Of a stretch of DNA of 64,000 nt, positions 8,132 to 18,126 are shown in pieces. A program made the translations under genes and the position numbers. The stretch is from positions 135,233-199,232 of the forward strand of contig CAWIKB010000008.1 in the NCBI GenBank assembly GCA_963836605.1. Direction: 5' to 3'. The DNA comes from an uncultured Acidimicrobiaceae bacterium. GTDB taxonomy: Bacteria; Actinomycetota; Acidimicrobiia; Acidimicrobiales; RAAP-2. The notes under the pieces are model-generated. The model was not told the origin of the DNA. It made no database searches and worked only from the letters and a program-made list of their open reading frames with translations. How positions within the stretch are numbered: position 1 is the stretch's first letter; each line of letters starts with the position of its first letter.

Positions 8132-9420
8132 AGCGAATCGGTCGGTTGCTCACGGGTCTGCTGGTCATCGCCGTCGTGACCGCGGCCACGGTGACCCTGA
8201 TCCGCAACTCGAACGGCGACTTCTCGGGTGACTACCCGCTCAGTGCTGTCTTTCCCAAGGCGGGTGAAGGCCTCGAGCCCGGCTCAGAGGTGGTCTTCCG
8301 CGGCGTCCAGATCGGGCGAGTCTCGACCATCACGCTCCAGAACGACAAGGCCCGGGTCACGATGCTGGTCGATCCGACGTTCAATGTTCCGGCTGATGCC
8401 ACCGCCACCATCGAGCCGATCAACCTCTTCGGTGCCGAAGAGGTCTCGCTGACCTCCCCGAACCACAACGCCGATGCCGCGCCCTACCTCGTTCGCGATG
8501 GGCAGTTCGCCCACGCCAACAACTCCGACAGCCTGGGCGACCTCTTCGCGGCAGCCGCGCCGCTCCTCCAGAAGGTCAACACCGATGATCTCTCGACGGT
8601 GCTCGGCGAGCTCTCGCAGGCGAGCCAGGGTGAAGGACCCCAAATCGCCAAGTCAATCGGCGCCGGGTCGGAGCTGGCGAGTCTCCTCAATTCCACCCTG
8701 GGCGCTCAGGAGGTCGCGCTCGATTCCTTCGCCCAGTTCGTGCAAGCGGCTGCTCCCGACGCCAATGGGCTGAACAGCGTCTCGGGGCAGGTAAATGCCG
8801 CGCTGCCCAGCTTCAACGGTGAAGTGGGGGACTATCAGAAGTTTCTCAATTCGGTAATTCCCTTCGCCAATGACCTGGCCTCGCTGTTGTCCAGCTATCG
8901 GCCCGACATCGACACCATCCTGACCGCGGGCGACAATGTGTCGCGGGTGCTGCTGGCCCAGCAGGGGAACATCGGCCAGGTGATCCAGGGGGCATACACC
9001 TACTTCAACACCATCGCCACCGGGGGGGCCAGCCAACAGAAGCTTCCCGACGGCAGCACGTACGCCTACTTCAATACGTTCATTCTCTTCAGCGACGTGA
9101 ACTCGCTCGTCTGCAACCTGCTGGCGCCCGCCACGCCGGGCCTGTCGTTCCTCCAGCCCATTCAGCAGGCCCTGGCCGGCTCCGGTTCGGCCTTCGACTG
9201 CTCGAGCCAGTTGGCGGCCTTCAACGCGGCACAAGGCACCACGGCGCCGGTCGCCGCAGTCCCCGCGGCCACACCGACGACGGCCACCCCGTTGGCACCG
9301 TCCACCGGTGCGGCCCAGTCCACCGCCAACCAGGCGTACGGGATCCTCGGTACACCCGACGCCTCCAAGGCCTCCGGTCTCGGTGGCTATATCAGCGGGC
9401 TGTTGGGAGGGAGCTTGTGA
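8128..9420 (+). CDS. mceA: Mce family protein MceA (MlaD domain, N-terminal TM anchor)
   Basis: An N-terminal TM helix is followed by an MlaD/Mce domain (AVFPKAGEGLEPGSEVVFRGVQIGRVSTITLQNDKARVTMLVD). ATGA overlap with yrbEB. The C-terminal tail is A/T/P-rich. Confidence 0.88.
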   Translation: MKRIGRLLTGLLVIAVVTAATVTLIRNSNGDFSGDYPLSAVFPKAGEGLEPGSEVVFRGVQIGRVSTITLQNDKARVTMLVDPTFNVPADATATIEPINLFGAEEVSLTSPNHNADAAPYLVRDGQFAHANNSDSLGDLFAAAAPLLQKVNTDDLSTVLGELSQASQGEGPQIAKSIGAGSELASLLNSTLGAQEVALDSFAQFVQAAAPDANGLNSVSGQVNAALPSFNGEVGDYQKFLNSVIPFANDLASLLSSYRPDIDTILTAGDNVSRVLLAQQGNIGQVIQGAYTYFNTIATGGASQQKLPDGSTYAYFNTFILFSDVNSLVCNLLAPATPGLSFLQPIQQALAGSGSAFDCSSQLAAFNAAQGTTAPVAAVPAATPTTATPLAPSTGAAQSTANQAYGILGTPDASKASGLGGYISGLLGGSL

Positions 9421-10628
9421 ACTTCCTCCATCGTCTGCCCTCATCGGCGTTCAAGTTCGCGGTGTTCGCGCTGGTCTGTGTCGTCCTTCTCGTCGGCCTG
9501 GCCGCCAAGATCGGCAATCTGTCACTCTTCAGTGACCGGCACCCGCTCAATGCCCAACTGGCCGACGTCACCGGCCTCGCCTCGGGGGATCAGGTCAACA
9601 TCGCCGGTGTCCCTGTTGGCCAAGTCTCGAGCATCAACGTCCAGCACGGTCATGCCCTCATCGGGATGAACATCAACAACACGGTGACGCTGCACGGCGC
9701 GACCGATATCGGCGTGCGGTGGCGGAACGTCATTGGTCAGAAGGAGATTGAGATCTTCCCCTCGGGGGCCGGGCCGATCCTTCCCGCGGGGTCCACCATC
9801 CCGCTCGGCCACGACGTCTCGGACTCCAGTGTCAACGCGTTCTTGAACACCCTGGGTCCCCTGTTGTCATCCATCAATCCCCATGAAGCCAATCAGTTCG
9901 TCGAGAACGTCTCGGGCGCGCTCGAGGGTGACACGTCGGAGATCGATCAGCTGATCAACAACGGCGCCACCGTTTCCAACACGGTGGGGTCCTTGGACGC
10001 GCAGGTCGGGCAGGTGATCGGCAACCTGGATCAGGTCCTCACCGCCGTGGCTTCGCGGAGCGGGGACCTCGGCTCATTGGTGGACAACCTCCAAACCGTG
10101 GCGTCCTCCCTGGCCTCGAAGAACACCCTCCTTGACAGTGTGGTCGGAAATCTCTCGCAGGTGGCGACCGACTTGGCGGGTCTGATCGGTACCAATCACT
10201 CGGTGATCACCAGCACCATCGACAACCTCCAGACCGTGGCCGGCGACGTGCAGAACAACCAGAAGCAGCTGGCCGCCAGTCTCTCCGGGCTGGGCGCGGG
10301 GTTGGTTCCCTATATTCAAATATCCCAATGGGGCCAGTGGTTCGCCGTCCAGACGATCTACACCTGCCTGGCCAACCAGACGGCTTGCACGTACTACCAG
10401 CCGGCCAATGCTCCAGCCGGCTCGGGACCGGGCGGAGGGCCGCCCCTCGCCTTGCCCACCAGTCCGAGCACGGGTCCCGCCAGCCCCAGCACGGGTCCCG
10501 CGTCGTCGCCGAACCCGGCCGCGAACACCGAGGGCTCGGCGCCCGTGGCCGCCTCCAGCATCGCCGGCGTGCTGGGAGCGGTGGCCGGGCAGCCCAACTC
10601 CGCGACCTCGTCGAAGAGCGGATCATGA
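9417..10628 (+). CDS. mceB: Mce family protein MceB
   Basis: TM anchor plus Mce domain (LADVTGLASGDQVNIAGVPVGQVSSINVQHGHALIGMNI). GTGA overlap with mceA. The C-terminus is proline/serine-rich. Confidence 0.88.
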   Translation: MNFLHRLPSSAFKFAVFALVCVVLLVGLAAKIGNLSLFSDRHPLNAQLADVTGLASGDQVNIAGVPVGQVSSINVQHGHALIGMNINNTVTLHGATDIGVRWRNVIGQKEIEIFPSGAGPILPAGSTIPLGHDVSDSSVNAFLNTLGPLLSSINPHEANQFVENVSGALEGDTSEIDQLINNGATVSNTVGSLDAQVGQVIGNLDQVLTAVASRSGDLGSLVDNLQTVASSLASKNTLLDSVVGNLSQVATDLAGLIGTNHSVITSTIDNLQTVAGDVQNNQKQLAASLSGLGAGLVPYIQISQWGQWFAVQTIYTCLANQTACTYYQPANAPAGSGPGGGPPLALPTSPSTGPASPSTGPASSPNPAANTEGSAPVAASSIAGVLGAVAGQPNSATSSKSGS

Positions 10629-11872
10629 AGGCATTCACCGAGCGGCGTCCCAAGGTCATCGGGGTCATGGCGGTGGCGGCGATTCTCGTGGCCGTTCTCG
10701 CCATTCTCCTCCTCAATCGCAGCATCTTTGCGTCGGGCTACACGGTGACCGCGCGCTTCTCCAACGCGGCAGGCGTCACGAAAGGCACCGACGTCATGGT
10801 GGCCGGCGTCAAGGTGGGGTCCGTCACCCATGTCGACGTGTCGGGGAACTCGGTCGACGCCGTTCTTTCGGTGAACCACTCGGTGCCGCTCCCACATGAC
10901 ACGTCCGCCGCCATCGAGGTCGAGACGTTACTCGGGGTGGTCGACGTGACCCTGAAGCCCGTGAGCGGGTGGCAACGGCCCCTTCAGAACGGAGCGTTGA
11001 TCACCAACACGTCCGTGCCGGTCGAGCTGTACCAGCTCCAGAAGACCGGGCAGAACCTGCTCTCGAAGAGCAACGCCACGGCGCTGAATTCTCTGGTGGA
11101 GTCGTTGGCCACCATCACCAAGGGCAAGCAAACGCAGGTGGCGCAGATCATCAAGGGTCTGGGTGCGCTGACGACGACGGTCGATCAGCGCAGCGGTCAG
11201 GTGTCCCAGTTGATCGATTCGGCCAACACCTTGTCGTCGACGTTGGCGGGCAAGGACCAGGAGCTGGTCTCCATCGTCAACAATCTCGACGCGGTCGCCA
11301 CCGGTCTGGCCAACCACAGCACCGATCTCTCGAACCTGATCACCAACGTGGACCAGATGGCCTCCCAGACCAACTCGCTGGTCGGCGGCGACTCGCCCCA
11401 ACTCAACGCTTTGCTGGCCCGACTGCACTCGGATCTCAGCGTGGTGGGGCAACATCAGCTCGACCTGGCGCAGGGCGTGAGCTACCTGGGGGGCGCCCTG
11501 ACGGGGTTCTCCTCCATCGCCTACGCCGGGGACCAGGGCGTGAACTGGGGGAATGTGTTCGTCAACCCGGCCGGGCTGACCGGCACCTACGGCACGATCG
11601 GACCGTGCGGCGCATTGGACCAGGCGCTGACCGCGGCTTTGGGCCCCGATCCTCTTGCCTGCGGCCAACAGACCGGGACCCCGCCGGGTGAGGGAACGCC
11701 CAGTTCGACCACGAACTCGCCGGAGGGAACCGGCGGCAGCGTCGGCTCGTCCTCGTCGACGACCGGTCCGACGCGCGGTTCGACCCCGAGCAGCACCCTC
11801 CCGGTCGGTCCGAACTCGGGGCTGGGTGGCCTCTCCCAACTGCTGAGCCCATTGCTGGGGGGGAAGTCGTGA
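10625..11872 (+). CDS. mceC: Mce family protein MceC
   Basis: MKAFTERRPKVIGVMAVAAILVAVLAILLL, then an Mce domain (ARFSNAAGVTKGTDVMVAGVKVGSVTHVDV). ATGA overlap with mceB. The upstream part of the 10328 ORF was discarded. Confidence 0.88.
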   Translation: MKAFTERRPKVIGVMAVAAILVAVLAILLLNRSIFASGYTVTARFSNAAGVTKGTDVMVAGVKVGSVTHVDVSGNSVDAVLSVNHSVPLPHDTSAAIEVETLLGVVDVTLKPVSGWQRPLQNGALITNTSVPVELYQLQKTGQNLLSKSNATALNSLVESLATITKGKQTQVAQIIKGLGALTTTVDQRSGQVSQLIDSANTLSSTLAGKDQELVSIVNNLDAVATGLANHSTDLSNLITNVDQMASQTNSLVGGDSPQLNALLARLHSDLSVVGQHQLDLAQGVSYLGGALTGFSSIAYAGDQGVNWGNVFVNPAGLTGTYGTIGPCGALDQALTAALGPDPLACGQQTGTPPGEGTPSSTTNSPEGTGGSVGSSSSTTGPTRGSTPSSTLPVGPNSGLGGLSQLLSPLLGGKS

Positions 11873-13503
11873 CCGTGCGTCTGCGTGACATCGCCTACGC
11901 CAAGGTTCCGCGCCTTGTGATCGCGGCTGTGCTGGTGACGGCCGGCGCCGTGGTGGCCCTCGACGTCACACGCCCTACCGCGACGTATCCTCTCAACGCC
12001 GTCTATGCGAGCGCGCCGGGTCTCTTCCCGGGCGCCGCCGTGGACGTCCTGGGTGTTCCGGTCGGCACGGTCACCTCGGTGGAGAACGTGGACAACCGAG
12101 TCGACGTCGGTATGCAGGTGGAGGCCGGCATCAAAATCCCCTCACGCGCCGTGGCCTCCCTGGTGGCGCCCGAGGTGCTCGGGCAGCCCGACGTCGACCT
12201 CAACCCGGGCTACACCAACGGGCCCAAACTCGAAGCTGGGGACACCATCCCCGAATCTCGCACCTCTGTTCCGGTTTCGACCGACCAATTGCTCAAGCAG
12301 CTGCAGCGCACCCTCAACGCGCTCAATCCCCAAGCCGTGGGCAACCTCATCACCAATTTGGCCCAAGACCTCGACGGCCAGGGAGCCGGGCTCAACCATT
12401 TGATCTCCTCGGCAGCGGGAACGATTCAACTCCTGGCCAACAAGGGGGACGATCTCGGGAAGCTGAACGGCACTCTGGCCCAACTGACCGGAACCCTCGA
12501 TTCGGACACCGCGCAGATCGTCCAACTGGTGAATGAGTACGACACCGTCTCAACGGTCATCGCCCAGCATTCGAGCCAGCTGAACGACGCCATCACGCAG
12601 CTCACCGGCGCCACCACCTCGCTTGTCACGCTGCTGACCCCGAACCTGCAGCCTCTCGAGGCAGATGTCGGAACGGTGACCACCGCCACCCGGACCCTCG
12701 ATCGCAATATCGGCAATGTCGATGTGATCCTCCAGCAGGGCAACAACCTCTTCCAGGGCGCACAGCGCGTCTATGACCCCACCTACAATTGGCTCAACCT
12801 CAACGTTGCGCTGCCCGTCGGCGTCACCGGGGCGTACATGGCCGGGCTCATTCGCGATCGTCTGGCCGGGGTCTGTCGGCGCATTGCGGCCAACCATTCC
12901 TCCGGCCTGTCCCCGGCGACGATAGCCAGCCTGAGCTCGTGTGGCGATCCGAATTCAGCCTTCTTCGATCCGCTCGTCAGCGAGATACCGACCATCCTCA
13001 ATTCCTTGTCCGGTGGCTCCGGCTCCAACTCAGCGGCGGCTCTCCTGCAGCAGGGTCTCGATCAGATCGGCAGCCTCGGCGGCTCCACGAATTCGCCGGC
13101 GCCCGCGCCGGCCGGAACGGCCAGTGGGGCCACTCCGGTTGCCCCCGCGCCGTCGACGACTGCCCCCACCACGACCACGACGACGACGCCGACCACCACG
13201 ACGCAATGTGGATTGCTCAATCAGATCCTCGGATGCCCCAGTGGGACCGGCACCCCCAACAGCGGCTCCTCCTCCTCCTCCTCATCCTCGTCCGGCAGTC
13301 TCGGGGGCCTGCTCTCGCAACGGGTGGCGCCCACCAAGAAGCAGCAGGCCACGGTGAACCTGGCCTCGAGCTCGCCCAGCGGCCCATCACTCAGCGCACC
13401 GTCGTCTCGACTCCTCCCGCCCCTCCCCTCGAACCATGGCTCCCACCGGGCCGGGCGCGGGTTGCTCTCTCAATGGGTGCACGACATCGGGGGTTGGCTG
13501 TGA
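11869..13503 (+). CDS. mceD: Mce family protein MceD (long T/P/S-rich C-terminus)
   Basis: TM anchor plus Mce domain (AVYASAPGLFPGAAVDVLGVPVGTVTSVENVDNRVDVGMQV). GTGA overlap with mceC. Poly-T/poly-S tract (APTTTTTTTPTTTT, SSSSSSSSS). Confidence 0.88.
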   Translation: MTVRLRDIAYAKVPRLVIAAVLVTAGAVVALDVTRPTATYPLNAVYASAPGLFPGAAVDVLGVPVGTVTSVENVDNRVDVGMQVEAGIKIPSRAVASLVAPEVLGQPDVDLNPGYTNGPKLEAGDTIPESRTSVPVSTDQLLKQLQRTLNALNPQAVGNLITNLAQDLDGQGAGLNHLISSAAGTIQLLANKGDDLGKLNGTLAQLTGTLDSDTAQIVQLVNEYDTVSTVIAQHSSQLNDAITQLTGATTSLVTLLTPNLQPLEADVGTVTTATRTLDRNIGNVDVILQQGNNLFQGAQRVYDPTYNWLNLNVALPVGVTGAYMAGLIRDRLAGVCRRIAANHSSGLSPATIASLSSCGDPNSAFFDPLVSEIPTILNSLSGGSGSNSAAALLQQGLDQIGSLGGSTNSPAPAPAGTASGATPVAPAPSTTAPTTTTTTTPTTTTQCGLLNQILGCPSGTGTPNSGSSSSSSSSSGSLGGLLSQRVAPTKKQQATVNLASSSPSGPSLSAPSSRLLPPLPSNHGSHRAGRGLLSQWVHDIGGWL

Positions 13504-14513
13504 CCGGCCGCCGGTCGTGGTGGTTGATCCCCGGCGCCCTGCTCGCAGCGCTGTCCCTCGCCGGTTGCGGCGGGCCCGGGTCCCCGTCCCAGCGCAGCGT
13601 CACCGCGATCTTCAGTGACGTGGGAGACCTGGCCAGCGGAGCCCAGGTGCAGTTGGCGGACGTCCCGATCGGCAGCGTCACGTCCATCTCGCTCGATGGT
13701 GACCGGGCCAAGGTCACCATGAGCCTCTCCGACGCCGCCCGCATTCCGGCGAACGTCACCGCCGCGCTTGATCGCACGACCATCCTGGGTGACCAATTCA
13801 TCAACATCGAGGTGCCAAAGAACGAGATCGGGGCGGCGGGGTCCAACGTGCCACAGCTGGCCAATGGCGCCGTCATTGGCCACACCGCCATCGTCCCCGA
13901 TGTCGAGCAGCTGGTGGCAGCCGGAACCCAGGTCTTCGGCGCAGTGTCCACCACGCAGCTGGAACAGATCATTGCGGCCGGTGGTGAGGGATTCGCCGGC
14001 CAGGAGGCCTCGCTCAAGTCGCTGCTGAACGACTTCTCGACCGTGGCCTCGGGGTACGCCCAGCACACCAGCCAGATCACCAGCGCGGTCAACGGGTTGA
14101 ACCAACTGACCTCCACCTTGGCACCGACGAGCGGTGCCAATGCGGACGCCCTGACCACCCTGTCGCACACCGTGGCCATACTGGCGCAGCAGTCGTCGCA
14201 GTTCGAAACCTTGCTGCAATCGGTCAACGATCTCTCCGCCCAGGGTCGGGGCATCCTCGAGACGTACTACCCCCAGATCGCGTCCCAACTGCAGACCTTG
14301 CTCGCGGTGAGCTCCCAGCTCAGCCAGAACCAAGGCGACCTGGCGGGCATCCTCGATGAACTGCCGGCGAACAACAATGCGCTGCAGTCGTCCGTGCGCG
14401 GCGACTTCCTCCAGGTCTACGAGAACATCATCGTGTGCGGCCTGCCGGGCGGCGGCGAAAATAGTTCGCCGGCCTTCTCCTGTGCTCCCAAGTCGGGGGG
14501 AGCCGGATCGTGA
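13500..14513 (+). CDS. mceE: Mce family lipoprotein MceE (LprK-like)
   Basis: GTG 13500 gives VTGRRSWWLIPGALLAALSLAGCGG, a lipobox L-A-G-C. An Mce domain follows (AIFSDVGDLASGAQVQLADVPIGSVTSISLDGDRAKVTM). GTGA overlap with mceD. Confidence 0.88.
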   Translation: MTGRRSWWLIPGALLAALSLAGCGGPGSPSQRSVTAIFSDVGDLASGAQVQLADVPIGSVTSISLDGDRAKVTMSLSDAARIPANVTAALDRTTILGDQFINIEVPKNEIGAAGSNVPQLANGAVIGHTAIVPDVEQLVAAGTQVFGAVSTTQLEQIIAAGGEGFAGQEASLKSLLNDFSTVASGYAQHTSQITSAVNGLNQLTSTLAPTSGANADALTTLSHTVAILAQQSSQFETLLQSVNDLSAQGRGILETYYPQIASQLQTLLAVSSQLSQNQGDLAGILDELPANNNALQSSVRGDFLQVYENIIVCGLPGGGENSSPAFSCAPKSGGAGS

Positions 14514-15849
14514 TCAGCAAGCGTCTCGTCGCCAACCTCATCGCCTTCTTCTTGGTCAGCGCGTTCCTGGTCGGCTACGGGGTGGTCACGCTGCTCGGGA
14601 ATCCCCTGCGTAGCCCCACCATGCTGACCACCGAGTTCCCCGATGCCTCCGGACTGTTCCAGAACTTCACGGTGGAGCTGAACGGGGTACCGGTGGGAAC
14701 GGTGAGCGCGATTCAGCTGACCCGGCACAGCACCAAGGTCACCATGGACATCCATCCGGGCACGAAAGTCCCCGGGGACGTCCGCTCATCGGTTCAGATT
14801 GCCAATGACCTGGGCGAACAGGTCGTCGACCTGGTGCCCGCACATGGCGGTACGGCGCCGGCACTGCAGTCAGGGGCCAATGTCCCGGCCGCACCCAACC
14901 AGATACCCGCCAACGTCGGTCAGGTCGTCGACGCGGCCACCCGGCTCCTCCAGGCCATCCCGTCGGGGAACTTGAACCTGTTGCTCAGTGACCTGGCGTC
15001 CTCGTTGCGGGGCGCGCGGTCGACCTCCGCACCATCGTTTCGGCCGGCACCACCTTCTCCGAGAAGTTCGTCGCCTACGAGAAGCAGTTTGCCGCGCTCT
15101 TGGCCAATGCACCCACCGCCCTCGACACGGTGACGGCGGTGGCACCGCAACTGCAACAAGACCTGGTGAACACGGCTGCCCTTCTCCAGGTGCTGGCGCA
15201 GCAGAAGACGGGACTCGATACCCTCTTCCAACAGGGATCGGCGGCGGTGACCCAAGTTGACCAGCTGGTCACCTCCCAAGCAGCCAATCTGGGTTGCTTC
15301 CTGCACGACAGCGCGCAGGTGTTGTCGAACATCGCCGAGCCGTCGAATCTCTCCAACTTGTCCCAGGGCCTGGCGATCAATCAGTCCTTCTTCGGGGCGA
15401 TCAACCACGTCGCCGTGCCGGGCCTGGCCAAGGCGACGACCACTGGCGCGGCCAATGTTCCGAATCAACTCTTCCTACGGACCCGTCTGGAAGTCCCGCC
15501 GATCCTTTCGCCGGCCGCGTCGTCCTACTCGCCGCCCCAGCAGACTCCCGACATCCTGCCGGGAGCGGGATGCGTCACCGCCTTCGGCAAGGGAGTGGGT
15601 CCGGCAACGCAACCCGGCTTTGTACCCGCAGGCGGGGGCCATGTGGTGGCGCCGACGGCCCAGGAAGCCGATGTCGAGATGAACGGTGCCACGCCCCCGT
15701 CGAGCACGGCCGCCTACGTCTCCCCGGCCTCGAACCAGTGGGTCCTGATGGCGGCCGGCGGCGTCGTGGTGCCGGCCCTGGTGCTGGCCTGGGGCGTTCG
15801 GCCGTCGCGCGTGCGGGCTCGACGCCGGTCGGGACGCCCGGTCCCATGA
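14510..15849 (+). pseudogene. mceF: Mce family protein MceF, reading frame broken once near 14992-15025
   Basis: The N-terminal half (14510-15133 frame) has a TM anchor and Mce domain. The natural continuation ...VDLRTIVSAGTTFSEKFVAYEKQFAALLANAPTALDTV... is in the frame of ORF 15100-15849. The span is 1340 nt (3n+2), so one base is missing or two are extra. Confidence 0.8.
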
Positions 15850-15897
15850 CGATCGTTCGTAGGCGAGACACGTGATCAAAAAAAGGAGGATGGAACA

Positions 15898-16590
15898 ATG
15901 AATACCGGAATCAAGGTGGTCGGCGCGCCGGGTGGCATCGACGACACGGCAACTCTCGAGGAGGCCCCGCGCGACGCGGTGGGCCCTGACGATCCCAGCC
16001 GGGCGGGCGGGTCGGGAGCCCACCGCAGGAACCGCACGCCGGAACTGCCGCGGCGACGGCGCCTCAGCGTCACCGGCGTCCTCGCCGTCGTCGGCCTGGC
16101 GGGCACGCTGGTCTTCGGCGTCCTGTGGGCCGGATCTTCGGGATCCGGCCAGACGGACCCGGCCCTGAAGAGCGCAGCCCAGACGTTCTTACTGGACCTC
16201 ACGAACTTCAATGCGAAGAGCGTCGACACCAACTTCGGGTCGATCACCGCCATGGCGACCGGGCCCTTCGCCAGCCAGGCGACGAGGTTCTTCAACTCGT
16301 CCATCCGTCACGAGCTGGAGACTGCGCTGGCCGAATCGCGGTGGCAGATACGCGATCTCGAGGTGCAGAGCGACAATGGCTCGACCGGTTCCGTCTACGC
16401 CGTGGTGGACCAGGTCTTTGCCAACAACAAGATCACGACCCCCCAATCAGACGTCCTTCGTGTCCTCGTGAGCTTGCAAAAGGTCCAATCGACCTGGAAG
16501 ATCTCCGATGTGACGGTGCTCGAGGGCGCCACACCGGGCAGCACCGGATCGCCGTCGGGATCGGCCGGGTCGTCCGTACCCGGGCAATAG
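15898..16590 (+). CDS. Mce-associated membrane protein (Mas-like)
   Basis: Strong RBS aaaaaaaggagga. A charged N-terminus is followed by one TM helix (VTGVLAVVGLAGTLVFGVLW). The next segment is typical of Mce-associated proteins (AQTFLLDLTNFNAKSVDTNFGSI...WKISDVTVLEG). Confidence 0.75.
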   Translation: MNTGIKVVGAPGGIDDTATLEEAPRDAVGPDDPSRAGGSGAHRRNRTPELPRRRRLSVTGVLAVVGLAGTLVFGVLWAGSSGSGQTDPALKSAAQTFLLDLTNFNAKSVDTNFGSITAMATGPFASQATRFFNSSIRHELETALAESRWQIRDLEVQSDNGSTGSVYAVVDQVFANNKITTPQSDVLRVLVSLQKVQSTWKISDVTVLEGATPGSTGSPSGSAGSSVPGQ

Positions 16591-16613
16591 CCCCCGGCCA
16601 ATGGGCCCAGATC

Positions 16614-17424
16614 TCATTCGGGTCCCGAGAGCCCCAACATCGCGGTGACGCCGTGGTCCCGTCCGGCGGTGTAGCCACCGTCGACGGGCATGGCGTGCCC
16701 GGTGATGAAAGAGGCGTCATCGGAGAGCAGGAAGGCGGCGACGGCGGCGATTTCCTCGGGCTGGCCCAGGCGGCGCAGCTTGTGTTCGTTCACGATCTCC
16801 TCCAGAGGTGACTCCATGCCGGCCGCCTTGAAGATGCCGTCGGTCATCGGGGTCTCGATGAACCCGGGGCAGATGGCGTTGACCCGGATGCCGCGGCCGC
16901 CGTAGTCGATGGCCATGTTCTTGGTCAGGAGGACGACGCCACCCTTCGACGCGCTCGTAGGCACTCCCGCCGGCGGTGCCCTCGAGTCCCTCGATGCTGG
17001 CCAGGGTCACGATCGAGCCGCGATTCCCGTCGACCGCGGGTTGCGCCAGAAGTTGGGTCACCACGTGCTTGGCCGTGAGGTAGGTGCCGGTCAGGTTGAC
17101 GTCGAGAACGCGTTGCCACTCCTTCGTCGGCAGCATGTGGACCGGGCCACCGCTGGCCACCCCGGCGGCATTGACCAGGCCCGACAGGCTCCCGCCGAAC
17201 TCCACCGCGGCACGAACCAGGCGTTCGACCGATGCTTCGTCGGCCACATCGACGTGGGCGAAGGCCCATGCGCCCTGGCGGCCCTCCGGCGGGAGCGGCG
17301 GGGCATCGACGATGTCCGCCCCCATGACGCGGGCTCCTTCATCCAACAGGCGGGCCGCCGTCGCCCGACCGATGCCCGAGGCGGCGCCGGTCACGATGTA
17401 GGTGCGTCCCTGCAGTCCTCGCAT
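16614..17424 (-). pseudogene. short-chain dehydrogenase/reductase (classical SDR), frame broken once near 16953-16960
   Basis: The N-terminal part (TYIVTGAASGIGRATA...NAAGV...[20 protein letters not shown]) and the C-terminal part ([37 protein letters not shown]) lie in different frames. The catalytic YSASK is restored by removing one base. The span is 811 nt (3n+1). Confidence 0.8.
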
Positions 17425-17478
17425 GGTGCCTCTCCCCGTCGTTGCGTCGTGGTGTACAGAATGATAGAAGATGTTCAT

Positions 17479-18123
17479 ATGTCCAGTCGAGTGACTACCC
17501 GCCCGCTCCGGCCGGCGCCGCCCGTCCCGGTCAACGAAGGCATCGAGGAACGCATTCTGGGGGCGGCCGAGTTGTGCCTGGCCCGACTCGGCCTGTCGCG
17601 GCTGTCCATGACCGATGTGGCGGCTCAGGCTGGTGTCTCGCGGGGCGCGGTGTACCTGCATTTCGCCGACCGGGGCACGCTGATCGAGGCCGTGCTGGCC
17701 CGCGCCGCCGCACGATTCGTGGCCTCGAGCGAGGAGTCGGTGCGGCGTCGCCGCACGCTGGCCGGCCAGGTGGCTGAGGCCGCCGTCTTCATCCGGACCC
17801 ACCAGGGTGACAATGTGGTGACCCTGCGCCTGCCGGCCGACGAGGAGTCGCTCTTCGCCACCCTGCTCACCAGCCGGCGGGAAAGCCTGGTGGAGCAGTG
17901 GGTCGACTTCTGGATGCCCTACCTGGCCGATGCCCGCCGCCGGGGGGAGATCCGTGACGGTATCGAGCATCGGCAGGCCGCCGAGTGGATCGTCCGCATG
18001 ATGCTGTCGTTCGCCATCATGCCCGCCGTCTCCTTCGATGCCGACCGACCGGAGGACATTCGGAGCTTTGTGCGCACGTTTGTCATCGATGGCCTCGGGC
18101 CCCGCCCGGAAAGAAAGGATTGA
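17479..18123 (+). CDS. TetR/AcrR family transcriptional regulator
   Basis: The HTH region ILGAAELCLARLGLSRLSMTDVAAQAGVSRGAVYLHFADRGTLIEAVL is a canonical TetR N-terminal domain. The gene is divergent from the SDR. Confidence 0.88.
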   Translation: MSSRVTTRPLRPAPPVPVNEGIEERILGAAELCLARLGLSRLSMTDVAAQAGVSRGAVYLHFADRGTLIEAVLARAAARFVASSEESVRRRRTLAGQVAEAAVFIRTHQGDNVVTLRLPADEESLFATLLTSRRESLVEQWVDFWMPYLADARRRGEIRDGIEHRQAAEWIVRMMLSFAIMPAVSFDADRPEDIRSFVRTFVIDGLGPRPERKD

Positions 18124-18126
18124 CCC

